DNA of 64,000 nucleotides from Dendrobates tinctorius. Its lineage: Eukaryota. The stretch is from contig NW_027361968.1 of assembly GCF_039654945.1 (NCBI RefSeq), forward strand, positions 1,922,001-1,986,000, given 5' to 3'. Position 1 is the first letter of the stretch. Each line of letters starts with the position of its first letter. Both the position numbers and the translations under genes were made by a program. Positions 12,034 through 45,589 of the stretch are shown here, in pieces. A model generated the notes under the pieces. That model was given only the letters and a program-made list of their open reading frames with translations, was not told the origin of the DNA and did not search any database.

Positions 12034-12614
12034 CGGCAATCAGCGCCACGTCCACCACAACCGGGGCAGGATCGGAACAGTCGTGGAGGCATCGGCTCAT
12101 CTTCTTACAACGGATAAACCAGCGAAGAGCTTGTCACAACCACCAGCTCCGCAAAATAACCATTAAAGGTTCTGAAGAATGAAGGTCATGAGAACGGTTA
12201 CCGTTTACTGCTCGTTGCCTAAGTTACCGGCCACCACTGCCGTCTTATCAGCGGAGGCCGGTCTCCTGGGCAATAAGCCTTTTTAGTTTTTTAATAACAT
12301 TTTCTTTTGCTCGACTTTTCATTTCTCAGACAGTTCCTGTGGGGCAGAGTATAGATGAGTGAATCTTTTAAAATTCAAGAATTTCCAAGAAAACTAGATT
12401 GCAGGGATCCCAGAGTGCTGCGAATCCTCCGTATGCTCCGAAAGAGCATTTATAACAATTCTCTATTCCTCATATACTGATTTTCTTCTCCACCTGTGCA
12501 GTTTCTTCAGTGTTTTATGGCTTTATCTTTCCTATGGTAGGACGTCCTCTCACTATCCAGATTCACCCTAGAATAGCTGCTGCATTTCCTGCTTCTGCTT
12601 TTACAACATGTATG

Positions 12615-12670
12615 GGGTGAACTAGATGGACTTAGGTCTTCCTTCCACCTTAATAACTATGTTACTATGT
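12615..12670 (+). mobile_element. CR1 LINE 3' terminal fragment
   Basis: GGTGAACTAGATGGACTTAGGTCTTCCTTCCACCT followed by an (ACTATGTT)-type tail, typical of amphibian CR1 3' ends. Confidence 0.55.
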
Positions 12671-13024
12671 GAAGGGAATCACAAATTGTTCAAATTCATC
12701 AGGTTCAGTGAATTCTTAAAAATGTAATATGAATTTGCATCAAATCGAGTCTCTCTTCTCGAGCGCTGAGGTTTAAGTTTGACTTTATTTATTGAGGAGG
12801 AAGGAAAAATTGTCATCCTTAACGCGCTCAAACAGCCGACTGCGCAGCACCGATGTTATCGAAACGCAGCAACGTCTGAGGAACGAATCTGCCCTATGGG
12901 GGAGGCCGGACATTGCCCCGAGACGTCGGAGATTAGGACGGTTTCACCTTGCTCCTCCTTATGTGAGGCTCATATACATGACAGCGCCTCACTGTCCTCC
13001 TGAGATATAGATCTACTATGCATT

Positions 13025-13255
13025 GCTTATATAGCACCATCATAGTCCACAGCGCTGTACAGGCATCAGCACTGTCCCCATCGGGACTCACCATCTACAC
13101 TCCCTATCAGTATGTCTGGAGTGTGGGAGGAAACCGGAGAACCTGGAGGAAACCCACGGGGAGAACATACAAACTCCTTACAGTTGTTTCCTTGGTGGGA
13201 TTTGAAACCAGGGCTGCAAAGCAACAGTGCTAACCAGTGAGCCATTGGGATGCCC
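13025..13255 (-). mobile_element. tRNA-derived SINE (V-SINE type) whose 5' end seeds the adjacent minisatellite
   Basis: The minus strand has an A-box region TGGCTCA(G/C)TGGTTAGCACTG, a B-box GGTTTCAAATCC, the V-domain core GGAGTTTGTATGTTCTCCCCGTGGGTTTCCTCC...TCCGGTTTTCCTCCCAC and an L2-like tail. Confidence 0.8.
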
Positions 13256-16200
13256 TATATAGTACAGTGCTAACCACTGAGCCATTGGGATGCCCTATAT
13301 ATAGTACAGTGCTAACCACTGAGCCATTGGGATGCCCTATATAGTACAGTGCTAACCACTGAGCCATTGGGATGCCCTATATATAGTACAGTGCTAACCA
13401 CTGAGCCATTGGGATGCCCTATATAGTACAGTGCTAACCACTGAGCCATTGGGATGCCCTATATATAGTACAGTGCTAACCACTGAGCCATTGGGATGCC
13501 CTATATATATAGTACAGTGCTAACCACTGAGCCATTGGGATGCCCTATATATAGTACAGTGCTAACCACTGAGCCATTGGGATGCCCTATATATAGTACA
13601 GTGCTAACCACTCAGCCATTGGGATGCCCTATATATAGTACAGTGCTAACCACTGAGCCATTGGGATGCCCTATATATAGTACAGTGCTAACCACTGAGC
13701 CATTGGGATGCCCTATATATATAGTACAGTGCTAACCAGTGAGCCATTGGGATGCCCTATATATATAGTACAGTGCTAACCACTCAGCCATTGGGATGCC
13801 CTATATATATAGTACAGTGCTAACCACTCAGCCATTGGGATGCCCTATATATAGTACAGTGCTAACCACTGAGCCATTGGGATGCCCTATATATAGTACA
13901 GTGCTAACCAGTGAGCCATTGGGATGCCCTATATATAGTACAGTGCTAACCACTCAGCCATTGGGATGCCCTATATATAGTACAGTGCTAACCACTGAGC
14001 CATTGGGATGCCCTATATATAGTACAGTGCTAACCACTGAGCCATTGGGATGCCCTATATATAGTACAGTGCTAACCACTCAGCCATTGGGATGCCCTAT
14101 ATATAGTACAGTGCTAACCACTGAACCATTGGGATGCCCTATATATATAGTACAGTGCTAACCACTGAGCCATTGGGATGCCCTATATATAGTACAGTGC
14201 TAACCACTCAGCCATTGGGATGCCCTATATATAGTACAGTGCTAACCAGTGAGCCATTGGGATGCCCTGTATATAGTACAGTGCTAACCAGTGAGCCATT
14301 GGGATGCCCTATATATATAGTACAGTGCTAACCACTGAGCCATTGGGATGCCCTATATATATATAGTACAGTGCTAACCACTGAGCCATTGGGATGCCCT
14401 ATATATAGTACAGTGCTAACCAGAGCCATTGGGATGCCCTATATATAGTACAGTGCTAACCACTGAGCCATTGGGATGCCCTATATATAGTACAGTGCTA
14501 ACCACTAAGCCATTGGGATGCCCTGTATATAGTACAGTGCTAACCACTAAGCCATTGGGATGCCCTATATATAGTACAGTGCTAACCACTGAGCCATTGG
14601 GATGCCCTATATATAGTACAGTGCTAACCACTAAGCCATTGGGATGCCCTATATATAGTACAATGCTAACCACTAAGCCATTGGAATGCCCTATATATAG
14701 TACAGTGCTAACCACTAAGCCATTGGGATGCCCTATATATAGTACAGTGCTAACCACTGAGCCATTGGGATGCCCTATATATAGTACAGTGCTAACCACT
14801 GAGCCATTGGGATGCCCTATATATAGTACAGTGCTAACCACTGAGCCATTGGGATGCCCTATATATAGTACAGTGCTAACCACTGAGCCATTGGGATGCC
14901 CTATATATAGTACAGTGCTAACCACTGAGCCATTGGGATGCCCTATATATAGTACAGTGCTAACCACTAAGCCATTGGAATGCCCTATATATAGTACAGT
15001 GCTAACCACTAAGCCATTGGGATGCCCTATATATAGTACAGTGCTAACCACTGAGCCATTGGGATGCCCTATATATAGTACAGTGCTAACCACTGGGCCA
15101 TTGGGATGCCCTATATATAGTACAGTGCTAACCACTGAGCCATTGGGATGCCCTATATATAGTACAGTTCTAACCAGTGAGCCATTGGGATGCCCTGTAT
15201 ATAGTACAGTGCTAACCACTGAGCCATTGGGATGCCCTATATAGTACAGTGCTAACCACTGAGCCATTGGGATGCCCTATATATAGTACAGTGCTAACCA
15301 CTGAGCCATTGGGATGCCCTATATATAGTACAGTGCTAACCAGTGAGCCATTGGGATGCCCTGTATATAGTACAGTGCTAACCACTGAGCCATTGGGATG
15401 CCCTATATAGTACAGTGCTAACCACTGAGCCATTGGGATGCCCTATATATAGTAGTGCTAACCACTGAGCCATTGGGATGCCCTATATACTACAGTGCTA
15501 ACCACTGAGCCATTGGGATGCCCTATATATAGTACAGTGCTAACCACTCAGCCATTGGGATGCCCTATATATAGTACAGTGCTAACCACTGAGCCATTGG
15601 GATGCCCTATATATAGTACAGTGCTAACCACTGAGCCATTGGGATGCCCTATATATAGTACAGTGCTAACCACTGAGCCATTGGGATGCCCTATATATAG
15701 TACAGTGCTAACCACTAAGCCATTGGAATGCCCTATATATAGTACAGTGCTAACCACTAAGCCATTGGGATGCCCTATATATAGTACAGTGCTAACCACT
15801 GAGCCATTGGGATGCCCTATATATAGTACAGTGCTAACCACTGGGCCATTGGGATGCCCTATATATAGTACAGTGCTAACCACTGAGCCATTGGGATGCC
15901 CTATATATAGTACAGTTCTAACCAGTGAGCCATTGGGATGCCCTGTATATAGTACAGTGCTAACCACTGAGCCATTGGGATGCCCTATATAGTACAGTGC
16001 TAACCACTGAGCCATTGGGATGCCCTATATATAGTACAGTGCTAACCACTGAGCCATTGGGATGCCCTATATATAGTACAGTGCTAACCAGTGAGCCATT
16101 GGGATGCCCTGTATATAGTACAGTGCTAACCACTGAGCCATTGGGATGCCCTATATAGTACAGTGCTAACCACTGAGCCATTGGGATGCCCTATATATAG

Positions 16201-16564
16201 TAGTGCTAACCACTGAGCCATTGGGATGCCCTATATACTACAGTGCTAACCACTCAGCCATTGGGATGCCCTATATATAGTACAGTGCTAACCACTCAGC
16301 CATTGGGATGCCCTATATATAGTACAGTGCTAACCACTCAGCCATTGGGATGCCCTATATATAGTACAGTGCTAACCACTCAGCCACCAGGATGCCCTAT
16401 ATATAGTACAGTGCTAACCACTGAGCCATTGGGATGCCCTATATAGTACAGTGCTAACCACTGAGCCATTGGGATGCCCTATATATAGTACAGTGCTAAC
16501 CACTGAGCCACCAGGATGCCCTATATATAGTACAGTGCTAACCACTGAGCCACCAGGATGCCCT
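13224..16564. repeat. 42-bp minisatellite (~80 units) derived from the SINE 5' end, with a 748-bp higher-order duplication
   Basis: The unit is AGTACAGTGCTAACCACTGAGCCATTGGGATGCCCTATATAT with variable (TA)n. Identical variant blocks are offset by 748 bp (ORFs 15212-15433 and 15960-16181). Confidence 0.97.
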
Positions 16565-17045
16565 ACAGAGACACTGGAGATGATTATTCGCAGACGTCCT
16601 CAGAAAGCTCCGACTCCTGCAGACCACCAGGAGCTCTGTGAGATCGAAGTGTCTACGGATGAAACCCTTTCATATAACTTTGTGGAGAAGACAAGATCCT
16701 GATAAATGGATCCAAGGTGAAACAAATGGTGATTCCATGAGGACAGGAGGCGCGAGGCTCCGGTCTGTGTTCAGCCTTCATGACTGGAGATGAACAAGTC
16801 CTGAAGTCAGGCCAGAAGACACTTCCAAAGAATCTCAGACAACCGAAGCGCCATACCAGATCCTCTACACCAGATCCTCTCCTTCCTTCAAAAGCCGGTC
16901 TGAAGCTTCTCTAGACAATATGGAGCCGTGAGTCTACTCCAACGCGGGCCACATCTCAGCCAGAGGCGACATCAACAAGGGGAGATCCACACTGCATCAC
17001 TCCACGTCACCCACTACTCGGGAGATTTTAGGTGTAGCCTCAAAC

Positions 17046-18092
17046 GTCTCATCTCTACCGCCACCGTCTCATCCCCACCGCCACTGTCTCATCCCCACCG
17101 CCACTGTCTCATCCCCACCGCCACAGACCCATCTCTACCGCCACAGACCCATCCCTACCGCCACCGTCTCATCTCTACAGCCACAGACCCATCTCTACCG
17201 CCACAGACCCATCTCTACCGCCACGGTCTCATCCCTACCGCCACAGACCCATCCCTACCGCCACAGACCCATCACTACCGCCACCGTCTCATCTCTACCG
17301 CCACAGACCCATCTCTACCGCCACAGACCCATCTCTACCGCCACGGTCTCATCCCTACCGCCACAGACCCATCACTACCGCCACCGTCTCATCTCTACCG
17401 CCACAGACCCATCCCTACCGCCACAGACCCATCTCAACCGCCACAGACCCATCCCTACCGCCACCGACCCATCACTACCGCCACAGACCCATCTCTACCG
17501 CCACGGTCTCATCCCTACCGCCACAGACCCATCCCTACCGCCACAGACCCATCACTACCGCCACAGACCCATCTCTACCGCCACAGACCCATCTCTACCG
17601 CCACGGTCTCATCCCTACCGCCACCGACCCATCCCTACCGCCACAGACCCATCACTACCGCCACCGTCTCATCTCTACCGCCACAGACCCATCCCTACCG
17701 CCACAGACCCATCTCTACCGCCACAGACCCATCTCAACCGCCACAGACCCATCCCTACCGCCACGGTCTCATCTCCACCGCCACGGTCTCATCTCCACCG
17801 CCCCAGTGTCTTCGCTAGCGCCATGGTCTCATCTCCACCACCACAGTCTCTTCGCTAGCACCATGGTCTCATCTCCACCGCCACGGTCTCATCTCCACCG
17901 CCACAGTGTCTTCGCTAGCGCCATTGTCTCATCTCCAAAGCCACAGTCTCTTCGCTAGCGCCACGGTCTCATCTCCACCGCCACAGTCTCTTCGCTAGCG
18001 CCATGGTCTCATCTCCAACGCCACAGTCTCTTCGCTAGCGCCATGGTCTCATCTCCACAGCCACGGTCCATCTTTACAGCCACGGTCTCATC
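17046..18092. repeat. 20-bp minisatellite (CCACAGACCCATCTCTACCG), changing to a 40-bp dimer at its right end
   Basis: Direct tandem units. CTTCGCTAGCG-containing units alternate after ~17805. Confidence 0.95.
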
Positions 18093-19532
18093 AGGGTTGT
18101 GGGACTCTTTGTCATTGTATTGGAAAGTTGATCATCGCTGGCCCAGTCCTGCAGCACAAATGTCTTATATCAAAGCCGCCATATAAATCATGGAGCAGAA
18201 AGAAGATCGCTTGTGATCATGGTTGGCGGCCCATCCAGTGCATTACCCGGGCACTGCTCATTTCTGAAGTACAATGGGTTAATGGCCGCACGCTAAAGCT
18301 TTGTTTTTACACTAAAATGTAAATTTCCGTTTTGTGTTGTCCAATTCCGCTCCACAGCCATCACCATGGACGGTCAGACCATCTCATGCTGTCCACACAC
18401 GGATCACGTGGTCTCCATACTTCTCTTAGCAATTTTGTATCTCACACTATTCTGGAGCTTTTAGTTACAAAGAAGCAACTAAATAGTTTCCAAACATGGA
18501 AGCGATATTTCCGGCCCCAATCCCGGTACTCAGTGTGTGCGCTCCGCCGGCTCCTCACACCATCTCTTCAGGGCGGCGCAAACGCAAAGTGTGAATTAAA
18601 TGGAACATTAAAGATGAAAATAATGGCCGCTCTCACCCGATCCCTGGTCAGCGCCGGCGTTTACTCCATGACAGAAACAGCACAGTGATACGCAGAGGAG
18701 CGGGGGAGTCATTCATGTGATACAAGACCTGCTCCGCCATGAAAGCGCCACTAGCCCTTCACCTTCACACAAGCTCCTGAGGAAGCACGTGTGCTCGGCG
18801 AAACGCTCTGGCCCTCTCTGTTCACCTAATCCTGGTCTCCAGGCCTGGTTGGCTGATCTGATTGTTTTTCACCCATTGATTGATGTCACTTATTTAGTGA
18901 TTTTCTACTTACCACCATGCAGAGTTTTTCTTACTTTGACTCATTTGAGCAGGGGGTTGGACCAGATAGAATGGTAGAGTTGGATGGGACCTCCTGGGCT
19001 ATGATTCATGTTTCGGTGCCGCTACATTCTAGCCAGTTTTCATCATCCCTTTGAGGCTTATAAATATTACACCCGTCATCTGCTGATACGTTTTTTTCCT
19101 ATTCCGTCAATCTCCAGTATATCACGTGTCCTCTCCATACATCTCCTACATTAACCCTTAGTGGTCTGCAGAACTCGTCTGGTGGTCCGCTCTCTCCCGC
19201 CGTACCCCATACAGATCCAGCCCCGGCCAAGTGGGCATGGGTGCGGAGAAAGGAAATTGGATTTTTCCGCCATCAGTCTCCCGTGATGACGATTTATCTT
19301 GAGTGGAAAGATCCGGGTATAAAATGTTCATATACAGAACATGAGATTTTATACAAGAAATTCTGTTTTAATTTTTCAACAAAATATTGTCACATATAAA
19401 AAACAATAAACAACAGCACCTGATGTCTGTACTGAGCATGTGCAGCAGTCCGAGACCCTTAAACCCTCTGCACCGCTGTTACACGCCATGTAGCATCTGA
19501 TACAGATGAGAGAGATCAGTCACCGGCGCCGG

Positions 19533-40377
<20,845 letters not shown>

Positions 40378-40680
40378 CGTGTCCACGGGAAGGACAGAGC
40401 CAGGAATGCGCCCGCGCTCCGGGTGTACCAGCATGGGCGCCTCCACCTTCCCCTACCTCATGGGTGTAGTAATATGGCCGACCCCCAGTACAGTCTAAAC
40501 TTCCTGCCTGTACTCTGGGTGTAGGAACAGGGCGACGTCCACTTACGGAGCGCTGGAAGTTGCCGGGTGTGGTAAGATGGCGGCATTTCCTGTTAGGAAC
40601 GGAAGTGACTCGCATCTGGGTGTAGAAAGATGGCGGCTCTCTGAGGCTGCAGGTGGTGATTTGAGGCCAGGACCGGTGAG
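40378..40680. promoter_or_regulatory. Bidirectional PPIL3/NIF3L1 promoter and probable non-coding first exon of NIF3L1 (donor at 40675/40676)
   Basis: YY1 motifs AAGATGGCGGC at 40574-40584 and 40627-40637, ETS/GABP CGGAAGTG at 40600-40607 with further GGAAGT/ACTTCC sites, and a CCG|GTGAGT donor. It lies between divergent genes. Confidence 0.75.
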
Positions 40681-40933
40681 TGCAGGGGAGGAGGGCATGC
40701 TGGAACTTGTGGTGAATTGCTGGGAAAAGTTTATATTAGTGCTTATTGTCCTGAACTCTCATCTGTGTCCTGTTACGTGGCTGCATTATACTTCTGCAAG
40801 ATGGCAGAAATCACGCTGCTGCTGTCTGTTATCAGCCACTTCAAGCTGATTAGTGTACTGTGGAGCTTTCTAGAATGAAAAGTATACAAGGGCAGCAAGT
40901 GCTCACCTCCAGAGGGGTAGGGGGTATACAGAG

Positions 40934-42332
40934 GGGGCAGTGGGGTGTACAGCGGTAGAGGAGGTGGTGCTGGGCAGTGGGGTGTACAGCGGTAGAGGAG
41001 GTGGTGCGGGGCAGTGGGGTGTACAGCGGTAGAGGAGGTGGTGCTGGGCAGTGGGGTGTACAGCGGTAGAGGAGGTGGTGCTGGGCAGTGGAGTGTACAG
41101 CGGTAGAGGAGGTGGTGCGGGGCAGTGGGGTGTACAGCGGTAGAGGAGGTGGTGCTGGGCAGTGGGGTGTACAGCGGTAGAGGAGGTGGTGCTGGGCAGT
41201 GGGGTGTACAGCGGTAGAGGAGGTGGTGCTGGGCAGTGGAGTGTACAGCGGTAGAGGAGGTGGTGCTGGGCAGTGGGGTGTACAGCGGTAGAGGAGGTGG
41301 TGCTGGGCAGTGGAGTGTACAGCGGTAGAGGAGGTGGTGCGGGGCAGTGGGGTGTACAGCAGTAGAGGAGGTGGTGTGGGGTGTACAGCGGTAGAGGAGG
41401 TGGTGCGGGGCAGTGGGGTGTACAGCGGTAGAGGAGGTGGTGTGGGGTGTACAGCGGTAGAGGAGGTGGTGCGGGGCAGTGGAGTGTACAGCGGTAGAGG
41501 AGGTGGTGCTGGGCAGTGGGGTGTACAGCGGTAGAGGAGGTGGTGCTGGGCAGTGGGGTGTACAACGGTAGAGGAGGTGGTGCGGGGCAGGGGGTGTACA
41601 GCGGTAGAGGAGGTGGTGCTGGGCAGTGGGGTGTACAGCGGTAGAGGAGGTGGTGCGGGGCAGTGGGGTGTACAGCGGTAGAGGAGGTGGTGCGGGGCAG
41701 TGGGGTGTACAGCGGTAGAGGAGGTGGTGCGGGGCAGTGGGGTGTACAGCGGTAGAGGAGGTGGTGCGGGGCAGTGGGGTGCACAGCGGTAGAGGAGGTG
41801 GTGTGGGGTGTACAGCGGTAGAGGAGGTGGTGCGGGGCAGTGGAGTGTACAGCGGTAGAGGAGGTGGTGCGGGGCAGTGGGGTGTACAGCGGTAGAGGAG
41901 GTGGTGCTGGGCAGTGGGGTGTACAACGGTAGAGGAGGTGATGCGGGGCAGGGGGTGTACAGCGGTAGAGGAGGTGGTGCGGGGCAGGGGGTGTACAGCG
42001 GTAGAGGAGGTGGTGCTGGGCAGTGGGGTGTACAGCGGTAGAGGAGGTGGTGCTGGGCAGTGGGGTGTACAGCGGTAGAGGAGGTGGTGCGGGGCAGTGG
42101 GGTGTACAGCGGTAGAGGAGGTGGTGCGGGGCAGTGGGGTGTACAGCGGTAGAGGCGGTGGTGCGGGGCAGTGGGGTGCACAGCGGTAGAGGAGGTGGTG
42201 CGGGGTGCACAGCGGTAGAGGAGGTGGTGCGGGGTGCACAGCGGTAGAGGAGGTGGTGCGGGGTGTACAGCGGTAGAGGAGGTGGTGCGGGGTGTACAGC
42301 GGTAGAGGAGGTGGTGCGGGGCAGTGGGGTGT
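40934..42332. repeat. 37-bp G-rich minisatellite (GGGCAGTGGGGTGTACAGCGGTAGAGGAGGTGGTGC[T/G]) in NIF3L1 intron 1
   Basis: Direct tandem units. Confidence 0.96.
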
Positions 42333-42417
42333 GCACATTATTTATGTCCATTGTTCGCACATTTCCTCATCAGATGTTTTCTTTGCCCCACCTCCAGACT
42401 CCGCCCCTTTGCCCTGA

Positions 42418-44949
42418 ATGCTGCTTTGTCGGCCGCTGTGGCCCCTCCTCCTTGCCGTATCTTCACGTTCTCCTCGCCGGCACATGATGGACCTGTCCTT
42501 GGTGGTGTCCCGTCTGGATGCGCTGGCTCCCCCAGCCCTGGCGGAGAGCTGGGATAATGTCGGACTCTTGGTGGAGCCGAGCCCCCCGCATCAGGTGCGT
42601 AAGATGCTGCTGACCAATGACCTGACGGAGGATGTCCTGCAGGAGGCGCTGGCGGCCGGGGCAGACATGGTGCTGTCCTATCACCCGCCCATCTTCAAGG
42701 CACTGAAGCGTGTAACCTGCGCCCACTGGAAGGAGCGTCTGGTGGTGACGGCTCTAGAGAAGCGGCTGGCGGTGTACTCTCCACACACGGCCTGTGACGC
42801 TCTCGCCAACGGGGTCAACGACTGGCTGGGGCGAGCGCTGGGTGAGTCCTGTCCTCATATAAAGGGGAACTCGCCCCGAGATCCTGCCTGACCCCTGATT
42901 GTCTGTGCAGGTGCCTGTGTGTCCGTGCCGCTCCGCGCCTCCACTGCCCTCTCCTACCCCGGAGGACATGGACACGTCCTGGAGTTTGGAGGTGACGTCC
43001 CGGAGTCTGTGCTGAGCAGGGTGAGCGCTCTGCAGGGGGCGTGTGTGCGCACCTTCCCACTCAGGTAACGTCCGCCCGTGTATATACCTGTATAATGTCA
43101 GCCACTATATACACCTGACCCCGACCATCATCCAGGAGCGGGAAGGAGGACGGTGCGCGGGTCCGGCTCAGCTGCTCCCACAGTGCAATGCTGCAGGCCC
43201 TGGCCATCCTGTCCGAGGATCCCGAGGTCTATAGGGGCACAGAGCTGCTCACCCTGCAGAAGGTAAGACACCCACCGCATACAGACCCCCGGGTATAATA
43301 TTACTAGCCCCCCTCTGCTGGCCAGTATATTCCCACTAGTCCTTATAGGGTGGACCCCCCCCCCCCCGCAGTATATTCCCACTAGTCCTTATAGGGTGGA
43401 CCCCCCCCGCAGTATATTCCCACTAGTCCTTATAGGGTGGACCCCCCCCCGCAGTATATTCCCACTAGTCCTTATAGGGTGGACCCCCCCCCCCGCAGTA
43501 TATTCCCACTAGTCCTTATAGGGTGGACCCCCCCCCCCGCAGTATATTCCCACTAGTCCTTATAGGGTGGACCCCCCCCCCCGCAGTATATTCCCACTAG
43601 TCCTTATAGGGTGGACCCCCCCCGCAGTATATTCCCACTAGTCCTTATAGGGTGGACCCCCCCCCCGCAGTATATTCCCACTAGTCCTTATAGGGTGGAC
43701 CCCCCCCCGCAGTATATTCCCACTAGTCCTTATAGGGTGGACCCCCCCCCGCAGTATATTCCCACTAGTCCTTATAGGGTGGACCCCCCCCCGCAGTATA
43801 TTCCCACTAGTCCTTATAGGGTGGACCCCCCCCCGCAGTATATTCCCACTAGTCCTTATAGGGTGGACCCCCCCCGCAGTATATTCCCACTAGTCCTTAT
43901 AGGGTGGACCCCCCCCCCGCAGTATATTCCCACTAGTCCTTATAGGGTGGACCCCCCCCGCAGTATATTCCCACTAGTTCTTATAGGGTGGACCCCCCCC
44001 CCGCAGTATATTCCCACTAGTCCTTATAGGGTGGACCCCCCCCCCCGCAGTATATTCCCACTAGTCCTTATAGGGTGGACCCCCCCCCCCGCAGTATATT
44101 CCCACTAGTCCTTATAGGGTGGACACCCCCCGCAGTATATTCCCACTAGTCCTTATAGGGTGGACCCCCCCCCCCGCAGTATATTCCCACTAGTCCCTAA
44201 TGGTGGACCCCCGGGTATAATCTGTCTCTGCAGCCCCCTCTCCTGGACGCGGGGATGGGTCGCCTCTGCACTCTCGCGGATCCGGTGTCCATGGCTGTCG
44301 CTGTTGAACGCATCAAAGGTCACGTTGGCCTGAAGCACGTGCGTCTCGCCCTGGGGCGAGGGAAGACGTTGGGTGAGTGCGCCCTCCATCGTCTCCCTGT
44401 GTGTATATCTCCGGAGGATCCGTCACGCCTCTTTCCTTCTTGGTTTTCCCAGACTCCCCTGTGAGTGTGATGGCCGTCTGCGCCGGCTCCGGAAGCAGCA
44501 TATTAAGTGGCGTCCGCGCCGATCTCTACCTGACAGGTAACACGGTGCAGTGACTGCCACGGCGGGCGTCATGGCGGCTATTAGCGGAGATGGGGGCAGA
44601 TATGTTATTTGGTTTTGTCGGGTATTGCACCGCTGACCTGCAGTACCTCATCCATCCTGTGCACGAGGGCAGCGCTGTGCTTATACCCAGCAGCCGTGTT
44701 CTTCTATCTCCTCACACTCCTTATCTTGCCGCTGTTGATGAGAGCGCCCTCTTTCCTTCCGCAGGTGAGATGTCGCACCACGAGGTCCTGGATGCGGTGG
44801 CGGAGGGCCGCAGCGTTGTCCTGTGTGAGCACAGTAACTCGGAGCGGGGGTACCTGCGGGAACTGGGGGCGCAGATTGCACACTGCCTGGAGGGGAAGGT
44901 GGAGGTGACGGTGTCCCGGACTGACCGCGACCCCCTGGAGGTGGTGTGA
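42418..44949 (+). CDS. NIF3L1: NIF3-like protein 1, 370 aa; exons 42418-42841, 42911-43064, 43136-43262, 44234-44372, 44453-44536, 44765-44949
   Basis: NIF3/DUF34 motifs LAESWDNVGLLVEP, SYHPPIF, YSPHTACD, GMGRLC, AVCAGSG, YLTGEMSHHEVLDA, LCEHSNSERGYL and DRDPLEVV*. Phases are consistent (1113 nt) and AATAAA lies at 45307. Confidence 0.97.
43322..44210. repeat. ~43-bp minisatellite with a variable C-run (GCAGTATATTCCCACTAGTCCTTATAGGGTGGAC[C]n) in a NIF3L1 intron
   Basis: About 20 tandem units. Confidence 0.96.
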
Positions 44950-45589
44950 GGGACCGGTGGGAGCCGCCGATGATCGCAGCGCAGTGTGGATGACCCTGAA
45001 TTTACCTCAGTGTGTAGGGGCAGCGTCCGGTGCATCCAAACATCCCGCGGTCACATTGCCGATAGTCGCGGGGTGATCCCAATGATGGTCATCGTCCGTG
45101 CCGTACGTCAAGCAGAGCCTGACCACCCTCTAATCCCTTCCTAACATGGGCTGTGCCCAATACATGTGTATGGTGGACTGACGTGGATATATTACACACT
45201 CGTTATCACTGCGTCTGTAAATGTCGCATCTATCAAAATATACTTTATATAACTCCATATAACCCTGATGTCTTATTATAAGTCACCGAACGTCTCCCGA
45301 CAATGCAATAAAAGCAAATACAATGCCGTGTGTATCCCAGAGCGGTGTCGGGAAAACCTGAGCTCCATCCACAGCAACATGAAAAGTTACTGGTCTTAGA
45401 GGGCGGCGGCACAGACCCATTTTTCTTCTATGAATTTACCATTTATTATTTTTTTACTACTTAATAAAAAAAAAAATCGTAATGGTGACCTGGAGCCGAC
45501 ACCTGGGGAACACTGTGGTGAGACGAGGATGGTGTTGGGTCCCTCCCATGGAAGGAGCGGCGCTGTTCAGACTCTCTACAGTGCTCCTT

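Noticed and set aside
13224-16564. Regularly spaced repeats resembling a CRISPR array (also 19690-27008 and 55865-59199)
   Set aside because: There are no unique spacers and no cas genes, and the context is eukaryotic.
16565-17045. Exon-like unique sequence between two arrays
   Set aside because: Only short open frames, no recognisable protein similarity and no supported splice partners.
18777-18812. CTGAGGA-hairpin-GAAAC hammerhead-like motif
   Set aside because: No stem I or stem III pairing and no proper cleavage triplet. Such partial matches are expected by chance in 64 kb.
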